64,000 bases of DNA from Candidatus Falkowbacteria bacterium (lineage in GTDB: Bacteria > Patescibacteriota > Patescibacteriia > Patescibacteriales > GWE2-39-37): the NCBI GenBank assembly GCA_037137775.1, contig JBAXJQ010000003.1, positions 920 to 64,919 on the forward strand, given 5' to 3'. Under the pieces are notes generated by a model. That model did not search any database. It was given only the letters and a program-made list of their open reading frames with translations, and was not told the origin of the DNA. Shown here piece by piece: positions 36,977 through 46,027 of this stretch; positions within the stretch are counted from its first letter, which is position 1; every line of letters starts with the position of its first letter. The position numbers were made by a program, and so were the translations under genes.

Positions 36977-37915
36977 ATGAATGAACCGGAAATAGTGCCA
37001 ATAATTTCAAAAAATACTCCTCCTGATTTAGAAACACGTCGTCAGGCAGTATTATTAGAGATAGCTTCAGCTGAAAAAATCACGACTAAACCAGGTGATG
37101 TTGCTATTGATTTTTTAAACAAAGCCAAACCTGAGAACAAGCCTTCAGTGCCGATTGCAGCGTTACCCCTAGTCGCTCAGAAGCCAGTTAAACCATTGGT
37201 TAAACGTGGCGCTTGGGGAAATTTGATCTGGATAATATTACCAAGTATTTCATCTTTTATTATATTGTATAGTCTTTGGTGCCTTAGTTTATATTTGTTT
37301 GCTCCTACTGGGGCTTGGGTTAGTCGCTTAAGCCAGGCTATGCCCGTTCCGGTAATATTTAGTCGATACGGCGTTATTAACTACAATGAATATTTACAGA
37401 TATTTAACGCCATATCTTCTACCCGTCCTGATAATAAACAATTGGCAATAAAATTTGCAATGGAACAACGGATTTTAACTGTTTTGGCAGATGAGCATGG
37501 CATTGCGGCAAATCAATTTAATACGCCAATTGAATTTATAAATGCTCTGGCTCAATCAATTATTACTGATCGAGAATACAATAGTCTTGCTTTTTCAAAG
37601 GTTTTGCAAGTTAAACATGAGGTAGAGCAAGGCATTCCCTTGGTAACCGCGGCAGGAAATAATGAATTAACGGCGGAGCAGAGTACTGGTACTCCAGCTG
37701 AGTTGGTTAAACAATTTGGTCAATCGCTATGGACAATTTCAGAAGGTAGAATTAGTGATGTTATCGTTGCCGGTGACGGTTTATATTTAGTACAACTATT
37801 GGGTAAGTCTGCTGAGTCCCTTACTATTGCTTATGTTCATGTCACGCCAAAAACATTAGAAAAAGTATTGGCCGATCGCTACGCCCAAGCAAAAATTATA
37901 AATCTATTGCGGTAG
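36977..37915 (+). CDS. hypothetical membrane-anchored protein, possibly with a degenerate parvulin/PrsA-like C-terminal domain
   Basis: Central TM helix. The C-terminal ...ISEGRISDVIVAGDGLYLVQLLGK weakly resembles a PpiC-type fold. Confidence 0.35.
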   Translation: MNEPEIVPIISKNTPPDLETRRQAVLLEIASAEKITTKPGDVAIDFLNKAKPENKPSVPIAALPLVAQKPVKPLVKRGAWGNLIWIILPSISSFIILYSLWCLSLYLFAPTGAWVSRLSQAMPVPVIFSRYGVINYNEYLQIFNAISSTRPDNKQLAIKFAMEQRILTVLADEHGIAANQFNTPIEFINALAQSIITDREYNSLAFSKVLQVKHEVEQGIPLVTAAGNNELTAEQSTGTPAELVKQFGQSLWTISEGRISDVIVAGDGLYLVQLLGKSAESLTIAYVHVTPKTLEKVLADRYAQAKIINLLR

Positions 37916-37934
37916 TTATTAGTGAAATTATTTG

Positions 37935-38007
37935 AGCCGAGAATGGGACTCGAACCCACGACCTACGCGTTACGAGTGCGTTGCTCTACCAGCTGAGCTA
38001 TCTCGGC
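37935..38007 (-). tRNA. tRNA-Thr (anticodon CGU)
   Basis: Minus strand GCCGAGATAGCTCAGCTGGTAGAGCA...CTCGTAA...GGTTCGAGTCC...TCTCGGCT. Cloverleaf folded by hand. CCA not encoded. Confidence 0.9.
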
Positions 38008-38021
38008 AATTATAAGGACTG

Positions 38022-38092
38022 AGCGGGTAACGGGAATCGAACCCGTACCTCAACCTTGGGAAGGTCGCGTTCTACCATTAAACCATACCCGC
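38022..38092 (-). tRNA. tRNA-Gly (anticodon CCC)
   Basis: Minus strand GCGGGTATGGTTTAATGGTAGAAC...TTCCCAA...GGTTCGATTCC...TACCCGCT. Cloverleaf folded by hand. Confidence 0.9.
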
Positions 38093-38121
38093 TTGGTAAA
38101 ATCATTTTAGAATGTTATAAT
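38093..38121 (+). promoter_or_regulatory. promoter predicting a leaderless mRNA for the DPBB-PBP5 gene
   Basis: TTGGTA (38093-38098), 17-nt spacer, TATAAT (38116-38121), then 6 nt to the ATG at 38128. No SD is possible at that spacing. Confidence 0.4.
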
Positions 38122-38148
38122 TGTAATATGAAGCATCAAAATAGTCAA
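38120..38148 (-). promoter_or_regulatory. promoter of the tRNA-Gly/tRNA-Thr operon
   Basis: The minus strand reads TTGACT (38148-38143), 17-nt spacer, TACAAT (38125-38120). It overlaps the first codons of the divergent PBP gene. Confidence 0.5.
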
Positions 38149-39744
38149 AAGGCTTTAACCATAGCCTTGTTTTTAGTTTTTGTTTTAATTTTAGCCCCGA
38201 TTGCTCAGGCTGCTGATGCGAGTAGCACACCATTGGTCAATGTTGACACGACCTTACCGCCGTTGGCAGTTTCGGGATTAACCCTAGCTTTGTTGCCAGA
38301 TGAATCAACAAATAGGGAGACTACTCTTAATGGCCTTATTTTTAATTTTGGTCAAATAAAGAATACCGCCTCGCTATTAGTAAATATTTCTACTTCTACG
38401 CCAACCACCTCACCTTGGCAATTAAAATTAAGCAGTTTGGTTTATACTATTAAAATTGATCAACCCTTAACAACCAGCTCAAGTTTTACCGTTAGTCAAA
38501 CAAATGCAAAAGCGCATACCAATTATTATTCCTTTATGATGCTTGATGCCAAGGGTCAAAATTGGCTACCGATTGTTACAAAAGATGATCCACTAAAACG
38601 GACGCATACTGCTGTTTTTTCTCAGTCAAAAGTTACCCTGGCTATTTTCGAATACCCAGGCTTAATCGTTTCTGGTAAGGCTAGTTGGTATAAATATAAA
38701 GCTGGCTTGTTCGCGGCCTCTCCGGATTTTCCTAAAGGCTCAAAATTACGGGTTTATAATTTGGACGCACCGGCAAAATACGTTGATGTAACAATTAATG
38801 ATTATGGTCCAGATCGCGTGTTGCATCCTGACCGAGTTTTGGATTTGGATAAAGAGGCATTTAGACGAATTGCACCAACCGGCCAGGGCATGGCTCGAAT
38901 TGCAGTAATGCCATTAAACATTGTTAACGTAAAAAATAATTATTGGTTTAATACCGTGCCTGCTTTTTCCGCAAGTCTTAAAATTACCAGTAAAAGCGCT
39001 GTAGTTATAGATGCTAAAACCAATCGGATTTTGTGGACAAAGAATGCTACGACCTCTTTACCGATTGCCAGTTTATCTAAGGTGATTAGTGCCTATGTTT
39101 TTTTAGAAACCAAACCGACGTTCAATCGAGTAGTGGCGTATAGTGTTAAAGATGAAAACTACAATTACCTGTATGCCAACAAGGGTGATGTTGCCCGATT
39201 AAAAGTAAAGGATGGTGAAAAGATGACGGTGGAAAACTTGTTTTATTCTGCTTTAGTTGGATCAGCAAATAATGCGGTTGAGAGTTTAGTGCGCGTTAGT
39301 GGACTTACGCGTGAACGCTTTATTGCCCGTATGAATGAGGTCGCGAGCGAATGGGGTGCGGTTTCATCCCACTTCGTTGAACCGACAGGACTTTCACCAG
39401 AAAACGTGAGTTCCGCTCTTGATTATGCTATAATGAGTAACAAGGCATTGTCGCATCCGATTATAGAAAAAGCCACCAAAGTAAAATCGTATTCGTTTAA
39501 GACTATAACCACCAAAGAACAGCACACGATTAGAAACACCAATCAGTTAATCCGTGACAATCGATTACGTATTACCGGAAGTAAGACAGGTTTTTTATAT
39601 GAATCTTTATATTGTCTTTTGACCAGGGCTGAGGATGCCAAAAACCATAGCGTTTTAGTAGTTACTTTGGGTACGCCAAGTCGTGAGGCGAGTTTTGCGG
39701 AAACCGAGGTTTTGGCTAGAATGGGTTTAAACCAAATTCAATAA
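38128..39744 (+). CDS. secreted fusion of an RlpA-like double-psi beta-barrel domain and a D-alanyl-D-alanine carboxypeptidase (PBP5/S11) domain
   Basis: Signal peptide. SGKASWYKYK...GSKLRVYNL...VDVTINDYGPD (DPBB). SLSK (SxxK), SAN (SxN) and KTG motifs. The start was moved from 38056 because that extension overlaps tRNA-Gly. Confidence 0.8.
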   Translation: MKHQNSQKALTIALFLVFVLILAPIAQAADASSTPLVNVDTTLPPLAVSGLTLALLPDESTNRETTLNGLIFNFGQIKNTASLLVNISTSTPTTSPWQLKLSSLVYTIKIDQPLTTSSSFTVSQTNAKAHTNYYSFMMLDAKGQNWLPIVTKDDPLKRTHTAVFSQSKVTLAIFEYPGLIVSGKASWYKYKAGLFAASPDFPKGSKLRVYNLDAPAKYVDVTINDYGPDRVLHPDRVLDLDKEAFRRIAPTGQGMARIAVMPLNIVNVKNNYWFNTVPAFSASLKITSKSAVVIDAKTNRILWTKNATTSLPIASLSKVISAYVFLETKPTFNRVVAYSVKDENYNYLYANKGDVARLKVKDGEKMTVENLFYSALVGSANNAVESLVRVSGLTRERFIARMNEVASEWGAVSSHFVEPTGLSPENVSSALDYAIMSNKALSHPIIEKATKVKSYSFKTITTKEQHTIRNTNQLIRDNRLRITGSKTGFLYESLYCLLTRAEDAKNHSVLVVTLGTPSREASFAETEVLARMGLNQIQ

Positions 39745-39747
39745 ATT

Positions 39748-40428
39748 ATGATCCAATTTATCAACGTCAGTAAAACTTATGCGAAAAATATTAAGGCATT
39801 GGATCATGTTTCTTTTCGTATCAAACCCGGAGAATTTGTTTCCGTGGTGGGGCAGTCAGGCTCAGGTAAAACTACTATAATCAAGGCGTTGATTTGTGAA
39901 GAGCGAATAACAGAGGGACAGATTATTGTTGGCGATTGGGATATTACCAATATTCGCAAAAGCGAAATTCCAATTTTACGTCGTCAAATCGGGGTTATTT
40001 TTCAGGACTTTAAATTGCTGACCACTAAGACGTTGTATGAAAACGTAGCATTTGCTTTACAGGTTTGCGGTCAGCCACCGAAGAAAATAAAAACCATTGT
40101 GCCACAAGTGTTAAAAATCGTTAATCTTGAAGCAAAAATGAATCGGTATCCTCACGAAGTATCTGGTGGGGAACAACAGCGTGCGGCTATTGCGCGAGCC
40201 TTAGTTCATCGACCCAAGATTCTCTTGGCTGATGAACCGACTGGAAATTTAGATTCTATAAACGCTGAAGAAATCATCGAGCTACTGTTACGCATTAATC
40301 GGTTTGGTACTACCGTGGTTTTGGTGACGCATAACCGTGAGACGGTTAATCGTTTGCAAAAGCGAGTTATCACTATTGAGAATGGCCTCTTAGTCAGCGA
40401 CCAAGCAGTTGGTAAATATATGCTTTAA
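39748..40428 (+). CDS. ftsE: cell division ABC ATPase FtsE
   Basis: GQSGSGKTT Walker A, VSGGEQQR signature, LLADEPTGNLD Walker B. 226 aa, immediately upstream of ftsX. Confidence 0.9.
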   Translation: MIQFINVSKTYAKNIKALDHVSFRIKPGEFVSVVGQSGSGKTTIIKALICEERITEGQIIVGDWDITNIRKSEIPILRRQIGVIFQDFKLLTTKTLYENVAFALQVCGQPPKKIKTIVPQVLKIVNLEAKMNRYPHEVSGGEQQRAAIARALVHRPKILLADEPTGNLDSINAEEIIELLLRINRFGTTVVLVTHNRETVNRLQKRVITIENGLLVSDQAVGKYML

Positions 40429-40432
40429 TTCT

Positions 40433-41347
40433 ATGTTCTTTATCTCATTGTTGCGTGTAATAAAATTCAGTGTTCAAGATATTATTAGAAATTTTTGGTT
40501 ATCATTTGTAACCATTATTATTTTGGTTTTATCATTATCTTTAATCAACATAGTTTTAATTGTTCAACTAGTTACCCAATCCGCTATTACTTCGGTTAAG
40601 GATAAAATTGATATCGTGGTGGATATTAATAACACGGCAGAAGAAGCTCAGATTTTAGAGTTGCGTGATCAAATTGCAAAACTGGAAAGAGTGCGTCGGG
40701 TGGATTATATCACTAAGGCCAAGGCGCTTGAAGATTTTCGTAAAAAGTATGAGAATCAGCCGAATGTTTTGCAAGCGTTGAGGGTAATTAATAAAAACCC
40801 GATTGGCGCCTCGCTTTTAATAAAAGCCAAGGATATTAATCAATTTGATAGCTTGATAACGGATTTAAATAAGATTACCAACCCAATTATTGAAAAACGT
40901 GACGTAGATGACCCAAGGGACATGTTGGGTAAAATTAATGTTATTGCGGACAAGATAAACAAAGTTGGCTATGCGATTAGTATTATATTTATTATCATTA
41001 CCGTTTTAGTAGTCTACAATTCGATTCGAGTCGCTATTTATACCCACAAGCGAGAGATTAAGATTATGCGCCTGGTCGGTGCCTCAAATTGGTTCATTCA
41101 GTCTCCATTTTTACTTTCGAGTGTTATTTACACTTTGCTTGGTATAGGTATAACCCTGGGGTTATTTTACCCCTTTGTAAACCTACTCCAGCCCTATCTC
41201 GAATATTTTATTAACGACTATCAAATTAATCTCGTTTCATATCTTCATGCAAATTTTTGGCGGATATTTGGCACGGAATTTTTAATTGCTGCCTTGGTTA
41301 ACTTACTCGCCAGTTGGGTGGCTGTTCGGAAATATTCCCGTAATTAA
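40433..41347 (+). CDS. ftsX: cell division permease-like protein FtsX
   Basis: TM1, extracellular domain, then 3 C-terminal TM helices. KIMRLVGASNWFI motif. ATG at 40433 is preferred over the overlapping start at 40409. Confidence 0.85.
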   Translation: MFFISLLRVIKFSVQDIIRNFWLSFVTIIILVLSLSLINIVLIVQLVTQSAITSVKDKIDIVVDINNTAEEAQILELRDQIAKLERVRRVDYITKAKALEDFRKKYENQPNVLQALRVINKNPIGASLLIKAKDINQFDSLITDLNKITNPIIEKRDVDDPRDMLGKINVIADKINKVGYAISIIFIIITVLVVYNSIRVAIYTHKREIKIMRLVGASNWFIQSPFLLSSVIYTLLGIGITLGLFYPFVNLLQPYLEYFINDYQINLVSYLHANFWRIFGTEFLIAALVNLLASWVAVRKYSRN

Positions 41348-41380
41348 ATTCAATTTTACAATTTTCTCCAAAAAATACAT

Positions 41381-41410
41381 AACCCCTCGATTGCTCGAGG
41401 GTTTATTTGT
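41381..41410 (+). terminator. Rho-independent terminator after ftsX
   Basis: Stem ccctcg/cgaggg with a 6-nt loop, followed by TTTATTTGT. Confidence 0.55.
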
Positions 41411-41485
41411 GAAGTGGTAAATGGTTTAGGTTTGTTCAACTGGAATCAAATCAAAACTGAGATATAGGACTCAGAAACCTTGAAC

Positions 41486-41514
41486 TTGACATAAATCATT
41501 AAAAATGCTATGAT
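41486..41514 (+). promoter_or_regulatory. sigma70-type promoter
   Basis: TTGACA (41486-41491), 17-nt spacer, TATGAT (41509-41514). Confidence 0.5.
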
Positions 41515-41549
41515 TTTTAATCTTTAGGTAGTAATTTTAGCAAAAAAAT

Positions 41550-43610
41550 GTGTTTGTTATGCTGGTTTATTTGAAGACAAGAATAAAATCTAAAAAATAT
41601 TATATCTTAGCCATAATTTTAGTAATTATGGCCAGTTTATTTTGCAGTAATATTAGCCTTGCTAATGGCCAAAAAGAGGATTTTCCTAAGGTGGCGAGTT
41701 ATTATTTGCAACCTAATGTGCCCAAGCGTGATTATGCTGGTTTAGCTAAATTTGACCTAGTGGTCTTGGATGTGGACACACAAACCATTGATCCGAGTCT
41801 ATTTAGCACCCTACGTAGCCTTAATCCTGATATTCAAACATTTGCCTATATCCCAAGTCAAAGCGTTAATATAGAAGATTTGAGCTCTTGGGCACGTTTT
41901 CGTAATATTACTCGAGATAATGCTGAGGCAAAAAATCGCTGGCTTAAAGATTCAAATGGAGATTATGTTTATTTTTCGAATACCTGGCCAACGATTAAAT
42001 TTGTTGATATTGGTAAAGGGTGGAGTGATGATCTTTCAGATTTAGCCAAAAACGATGTCATGAGCCGTGGCGTTTGGGACGGTATATTTTACGATATGGT
42101 TTTTGCAAATTTAAGCTGGCTTAATAATGGCAATATCGATCTAAATCAAGATGGCAAGCCAGATTCATCTGCCAGCGTCAATGCGTATTGGCAAAAAGAG
42201 TCCAATAAATTAATCGAAAAGACTAGGACAAAAACGAATGCGCCGGTTATTGCCAATATTGATATTCCAGAGACCTACGCAACCAAGCTGGATGGTTACA
42301 TGATGGAAAACTTTCCAGCGGGATGGATGGGTGCAGGCGCCTGGGGAAGGTTGGAAACGCTGTATCAAGGGCGTAATGGCCAAAACAAGTTAGATATCAT
42401 AAACGTGACGGCGGGTAATCGTTACAAACAGGATGATTATCAAAAAATGCGTTTTGGATTAGCCAGCACCTTAATGGGGGACGGCTACTTTGCCTATGAC
42501 TATGGTGATCAGAATCATGCCCAAACCTGGTGGTACGATGAATATGATGTCAAATTAGGCAAGGCCAAATCTTCCCCCAAAAACTTAACCTCAAATAATG
42601 GTAATCAAATTACCTCTGGTTTATGGCGTAGGGATTTTGAAAAAGGTGTTGCTGTGGTAAACAGTTCTAACGAAACCAAGACGTATTCCTTTGGCAATGA
42701 AGAGTTTACTAAAATTAAAGGCAGCCAAGATCCGAGAACAAATGATGGTAGTCGGGTAAACTATGTAAAATTAAAACCGAAAGACGGCGTGGTGTTGTTA
42801 AAACCTTTTGTGCCAACGCCAACAATTATCAATGCCACGTTTGATAACGGGGCCTTTATTCGAGCATTTAGCTCCAGTGGAAAAAAGGTTATGAACGGTT
42901 TTTTTGCCTATCAGGATGGCTTTGCCGGTGATGTGTCAATTTTTCAAGGCGATATTGATGCTGATGGTCAGAGTGAAACGATTGTAAATGGTAAGGGTAA
43001 AGTTGAAGTGTTTAAGGGCAAGAAAAAAATTGGTAGCTTTGCACCTTACGGTGTTAATTTTAAAAAATCAATTTCTTTTGCCGTGGCAGATATTAATAAT
43101 GACAATATAAAAGAAATTATCACCGGCCCAGGCGCAGGTGGTGGTCCACAAGTTAAAATCTATTCAATTAAAGGTAAGGAATTGTCTGGTGGATTTTTCG
43201 CTTATGATAAAAAATTTCGCGGAGGGGTAACAGTAGCGGCTAGTGATATTAATGGCGACGGCAAAATAGAGATTATTACTGGCCCAGGTGATGGCGGTGC
43301 GCCTGAGGTTAAAGTGTTTGATCTTAAAGGCAAAGCGATTCGGAAATCAGTCTTTGTTTATGATAAAGCTTATCGTAGTGGTGTGAGTGTGGCCACTGGG
43401 GATGTAAATGGAGATAATATACCTGAAATAATTGTTAGCCCAATCAAAGGCGGTCCACAAGTTAAGGTTTTTAATCGAGATTTTCGATTGCTTGATCAAT
43501 TTTTTGCCTATGACAAACAACAGCGTTCGCGCATTCGCGTGCTTGCCAGTGATATTAATAAAGACGGCACTGATGAAATATTGGTGGGCACTGTTAATTT
43601 TATCCAATAA
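41550..43610 (+). CDS. secreted putative glycoside-hydrolase-like TIM-barrel (GHL15-like) fused to FG-GAP/VCBS-type beta-propeller repeats
   Basis: Signal/anchor helix. N-terminal domain FPKVASYYL...KFDLVVLDVD.... C-terminal repeats DIDADGQSE, DINNDNIKEIITGPGAGGGPQVKIY, DINGDGKIEIITGPGDGGAPEVKVF, DVNGDNIPEIIVSP..GGPQVKVF and DINKDGTDEILVG. The start is GTG 41550 or ATG 41559. Confidence 0.65.
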   Translation: MFVMLVYLKTRIKSKKYYILAIILVIMASLFCSNISLANGQKEDFPKVASYYLQPNVPKRDYAGLAKFDLVVLDVDTQTIDPSLFSTLRSLNPDIQTFAYIPSQSVNIEDLSSWARFRNITRDNAEAKNRWLKDSNGDYVYFSNTWPTIKFVDIGKGWSDDLSDLAKNDVMSRGVWDGIFYDMVFANLSWLNNGNIDLNQDGKPDSSASVNAYWQKESNKLIEKTRTKTNAPVIANIDIPETYATKLDGYMMENFPAGWMGAGAWGRLETLYQGRNGQNKLDIINVTAGNRYKQDDYQKMRFGLASTLMGDGYFAYDYGDQNHAQTWWYDEYDVKLGKAKSSPKNLTSNNGNQITSGLWRRDFEKGVAVVNSSNETKTYSFGNEEFTKIKGSQDPRTNDGSRVNYVKLKPKDGVVLLKPFVPTPTIINATFDNGAFIRAFSSSGKKVMNGFFAYQDGFAGDVSIFQGDIDADGQSETIVNGKGKVEVFKGKKKIGSFAPYGVNFKKSISFAVADINNDNIKEIITGPGAGGGPQVKIYSIKGKELSGGFFAYDKKFRGGVTVAASDINGDGKIEIITGPGDGGAPEVKVFDLKGKAIRKSVFVYDKAYRSGVSVATGDVNGDNIPEIIVSPIKGGPQVKVFNRDFRLLDQFFAYDKQQRSRIRVLASDINKDGTDEILVGTVNFIQ
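42837..43607 (+). repeat. five to six FG-GAP-like coding repeats
   Basis: A D-x-N/D-x-D-G-x-x-E-I-I motif recurs every 50 aa or so in the translation. Confidence 0.6.
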
Positions 43611-43626
43611 CCGATAAAATAAAAAT

Positions 43627-45450
43627 ATGAAACGACACAAACAACAAGCACTACAACCATATCGGCCAACTGAAATTGTTATCGGCGACCAAGAAAGCGG
43701 CGCTCTTGTTACTCGAGATGGCATTAAAACTGGTAAAAACGGTAATATTTTTATTGGTAAAATGAGCGTAGTGATGCAACCGTTGTTTGACCGGCATGAA
43801 AAATATTATAAAAAAAGTAAATTTCATCTCTGGGCAGATGTAATTATATTAGTTGCAATTCTTGGCTTAATAGCCACTGACGTAGCAATTCAATTTTGGC
43901 AACCAAAAGTTGAGCCAGAATTATCAATTGCATTAACCAATGATCCGTTTGTTTCCGGCGCCAAAAATGAATTAGCCATCTCGTACAGTAATAAAAATAC
44001 CACCTTAGATAACGTCACCTTAACGGTGTTTTTTCCCAAAGGATTCACCACAATTCAAGCCGAACCGCAAGATAAGTATAATCAAGAAACACACACGTTT
44101 ACCCTTGGCCAACTACCTCGTGGTGCGTATGGTTCAGTTAATGTTGTGGGCAAAGCCTGGGTTGCAACTGGCCAAGAGCTAAGATTTTCAGCAGTCTTAA
44201 ATTATGCCAGCGGTAAAAAAGAGGGTAGCGTATCCGCAACCCGTATTTTACCTGTAAAGATTTCGGCAGTTACTGCTGAATTACAACTGCCCAGTCAAAT
44301 TTTTCGCAACATAGCGTTTCCTGTAAAAATTAGCGTAGCCAATCAAGGTGAGAACAAGGTTGAAAATGTAACCTTTGATTTTGGTTCAGATTGGATTATT
44401 GCTGGCGAATCTGTTGTTCAAAAGAAAGTCATCGTGCTTAAATCGCTTGACGTGAATGAGAAAAAAGAACTTTCGATTATGGTTAAGAAAAACACCCCTC
44501 GATTAGTGAATGAACTGAAGGGAGTAATTAAACTGCGCTACCAAGGTCAAGAGCTTGCACAAGGCATAGTTAGACAACAGATTGCAGAAACAGAGCCGAA
44601 AATTAGTTTGCATTTTGCTGATCTGTCTAAAGTTGCCCTTATTGGCAGCAGGTATCAACTTGGGGTGACTATTGCCAACGAGGATGTGAAATCTATGCAT
44701 GATATCACTTTGGCAATCAGCTCTAATAATCCTACAATTTTAGTTAAAAATATATTATCAACAGAAACATCAGGTTTAAAGATAGACAATGCTAAAATAA
44801 TTATTGATAAACTTGAGGCTGGGCAAGAAAAGAAATTATTACTAGATTTGGTATTAGCTAAAACCAATACCGCATACAATCAAAATGTTATATTAAACGG
44901 TAGTGTGTCAGTTACCATTGATGGTCAGATTATTGTCATCGAGCAGTCTTCTCCCTCAATTGATCTAGCCTCAGAATTAACCGTAAAGTCGGTCGCTTAT
45001 TACTATGGACCACAAGGAGATCAGCTTGGCATCGGACCGTTGCCACCGATTGTCGGCCTGCCAACCAAATATTGGATTTTTTGGCAAGCAGACAACAGCG
45101 GTAATGCAATAAATAAATTTGTTATGACGGCTAAATTACCCGAGAATGTTACCTTTACTGGTAATAAAAGTTTACTTGCGGGTAAGTTAGTTTATGACGA
45201 AAAAACCAGACAGGTAAGCTGGTTGGTTGATAGTTTAGATAAGACCGGTGGTGATTATAAAATCGGATTTGAGATTAGTATAACGCCAACCGCCATTGAT
45301 AAAGGTAAAATTTTACCATTGTTAAGTAGTGCCATTTATGAGGGTGTTGATGACTTTGCTCAAATAAATTTAAATGGCAGATTAGAATCGCTTAGTACAA
45401 ATCTTGATTTTGACAATATGGCTCATGGCCTGGGTAGGGTTTCAGAATAA
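43627..45450 (+). CDS. membrane-anchored surface protein with DUF11/CARDB-like Ig-fold repeats
   Basis: Short cytoplasmic N-terminus, one TM helix (LWADVIILVAILGLIATDVAIQFW), then beta-rich segments such as ...ISYSNKNTTLDNVTLTVFFPKGFT.... Confidence 0.5.
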   Translation: MKRHKQQALQPYRPTEIVIGDQESGALVTRDGIKTGKNGNIFIGKMSVVMQPLFDRHEKYYKKSKFHLWADVIILVAILGLIATDVAIQFWQPKVEPELSIALTNDPFVSGAKNELAISYSNKNTTLDNVTLTVFFPKGFTTIQAEPQDKYNQETHTFTLGQLPRGAYGSVNVVGKAWVATGQELRFSAVLNYASGKKEGSVSATRILPVKISAVTAELQLPSQIFRNIAFPVKISVANQGENKVENVTFDFGSDWIIAGESVVQKKVIVLKSLDVNEKKELSIMVKKNTPRLVNELKGVIKLRYQGQELAQGIVRQQIAETEPKISLHFADLSKVALIGSRYQLGVTIANEDVKSMHDITLAISSNNPTILVKNILSTETSGLKIDNAKIIIDKLEAGQEKKLLLDLVLAKTNTAYNQNVILNGSVSVTIDGQIIVIEQSSPSIDLASELTVKSVAYYYGPQGDQLGIGPLPPIVGLPTKYWIFWQADNSGNAINKFVMTAKLPENVTFTGNKSLLAGKLVYDEKTRQVSWLVDSLDKTGGDYKIGFEISITPTAIDKGKILPLLSSAIYEGVDDFAQINLNGRLESLSTNLDFDNMAHGLGRVSE

Positions 45451-45480
45451 AAAACAACCCCAATAAAATTGGGTTGTTTT
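45451..45480. terminator. bidirectional Rho-independent terminator
   Basis: Stem aaaacaaccc/gggttgtttt with A- and T-runs on the two sides. Confidence 0.6.
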
Positions 45481-45507
45481 TATATGTAACCTGATGGTAA
45501 TTTCTGG

Positions 45508-45630
45508 TTAGCGTTTTTTTCGTTTGGCAGCACGCTCTTCAAGCATAACCCGTTTAACCTCTAATCGTTTTTGGGTCTTGTGCGGATGAGAGGTTTTTTT
45601 GCTACCAACGCCAGTGTCTCTTTTGGCCAT
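45508..45630 (-). CDS. unannotated 40-aa highly basic protein (MAKRDTGVGSKKTSHPHKTQKRLEVKRVMLEERAAKRKKR)
   Basis: ATG to TAA, below the ORF-track size cut-off. A candidate promoter (TTGATT, 17-nt spacer, TAAAGT) lies upstream on the minus strand and a terminator lies downstream. The composition is like a small ribosome- or nucleic-acid-associated protein, but no family was recognised. Confidence 0.35.
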   Translation of the reverse strand: MAKRDTGVGSKKTSHPHKTQKRLEVKRVMLEERAAKRKKR

Positions 45631-45829
45631 ACATAGAAATAATGAATAATAGTAACTTTAGCTTAAAAATTGAAATAAATCAAGCCAGTAAGATTAGCCT
45701 AAATAATTGATTGACTTTTTTTACTTTTCATGCTAGGGTATAGAGGTGTAAAAAAATGTTTTACAAAGAGAGGTAGTCGAGCTTTCAAAAAATATTTATT
45801 TTCCATTTATAAACCAATCATACAAAATC

Positions 45830-46027
45830 ATGAACGGAGTTATCAAAAAGAAGACTGACAAAGGTTTTGGCTTTATCACCGTTGACGGTGAGAGCAAAGA
45901 TCTTTTCTTTCACAGCAATTCTTTGGTCGGTGTTACATTTGACCAGATCAATGAAGGTGACCGCGTCACTTTCGATTCTGAGCAATCGCCAAAAGGACCA
46001 AACGCAGTCAATGTTAAGCTTGCTTAA
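45830..46027 (+). CDS. cspA: cold-shock protein (CspA family, S1-like CSD)
   Basis: KGFGFI (RNP1) and DLFFH (RNP2) motifs. 65 aa. Confidence 0.95.
   Translation: MNGVIKKKTDKGFGFITVDGESKDLFFHSNSLVGVTFDQINEGDRVTFDSEQSPKGPNAVNVKLA

Noticed and set aside
38056-38127. N-terminal extension of the DPBB-PBP5 ORF (track start at 38056)
   Set aside because: The extension overlaps tRNA-Gly on the opposite strand and precedes an obvious signal peptide that starts at the Met encoded at 38128. The start was re-called to 38128.
43347-43724. 125-aa minus-strand ORF spanning the junction of the FG-GAP and DUF11-like genes
   Set aside because: It is antisense to two well-supported plus-strand genes and crosses their intergenic spacer. 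It has no signals of its own.
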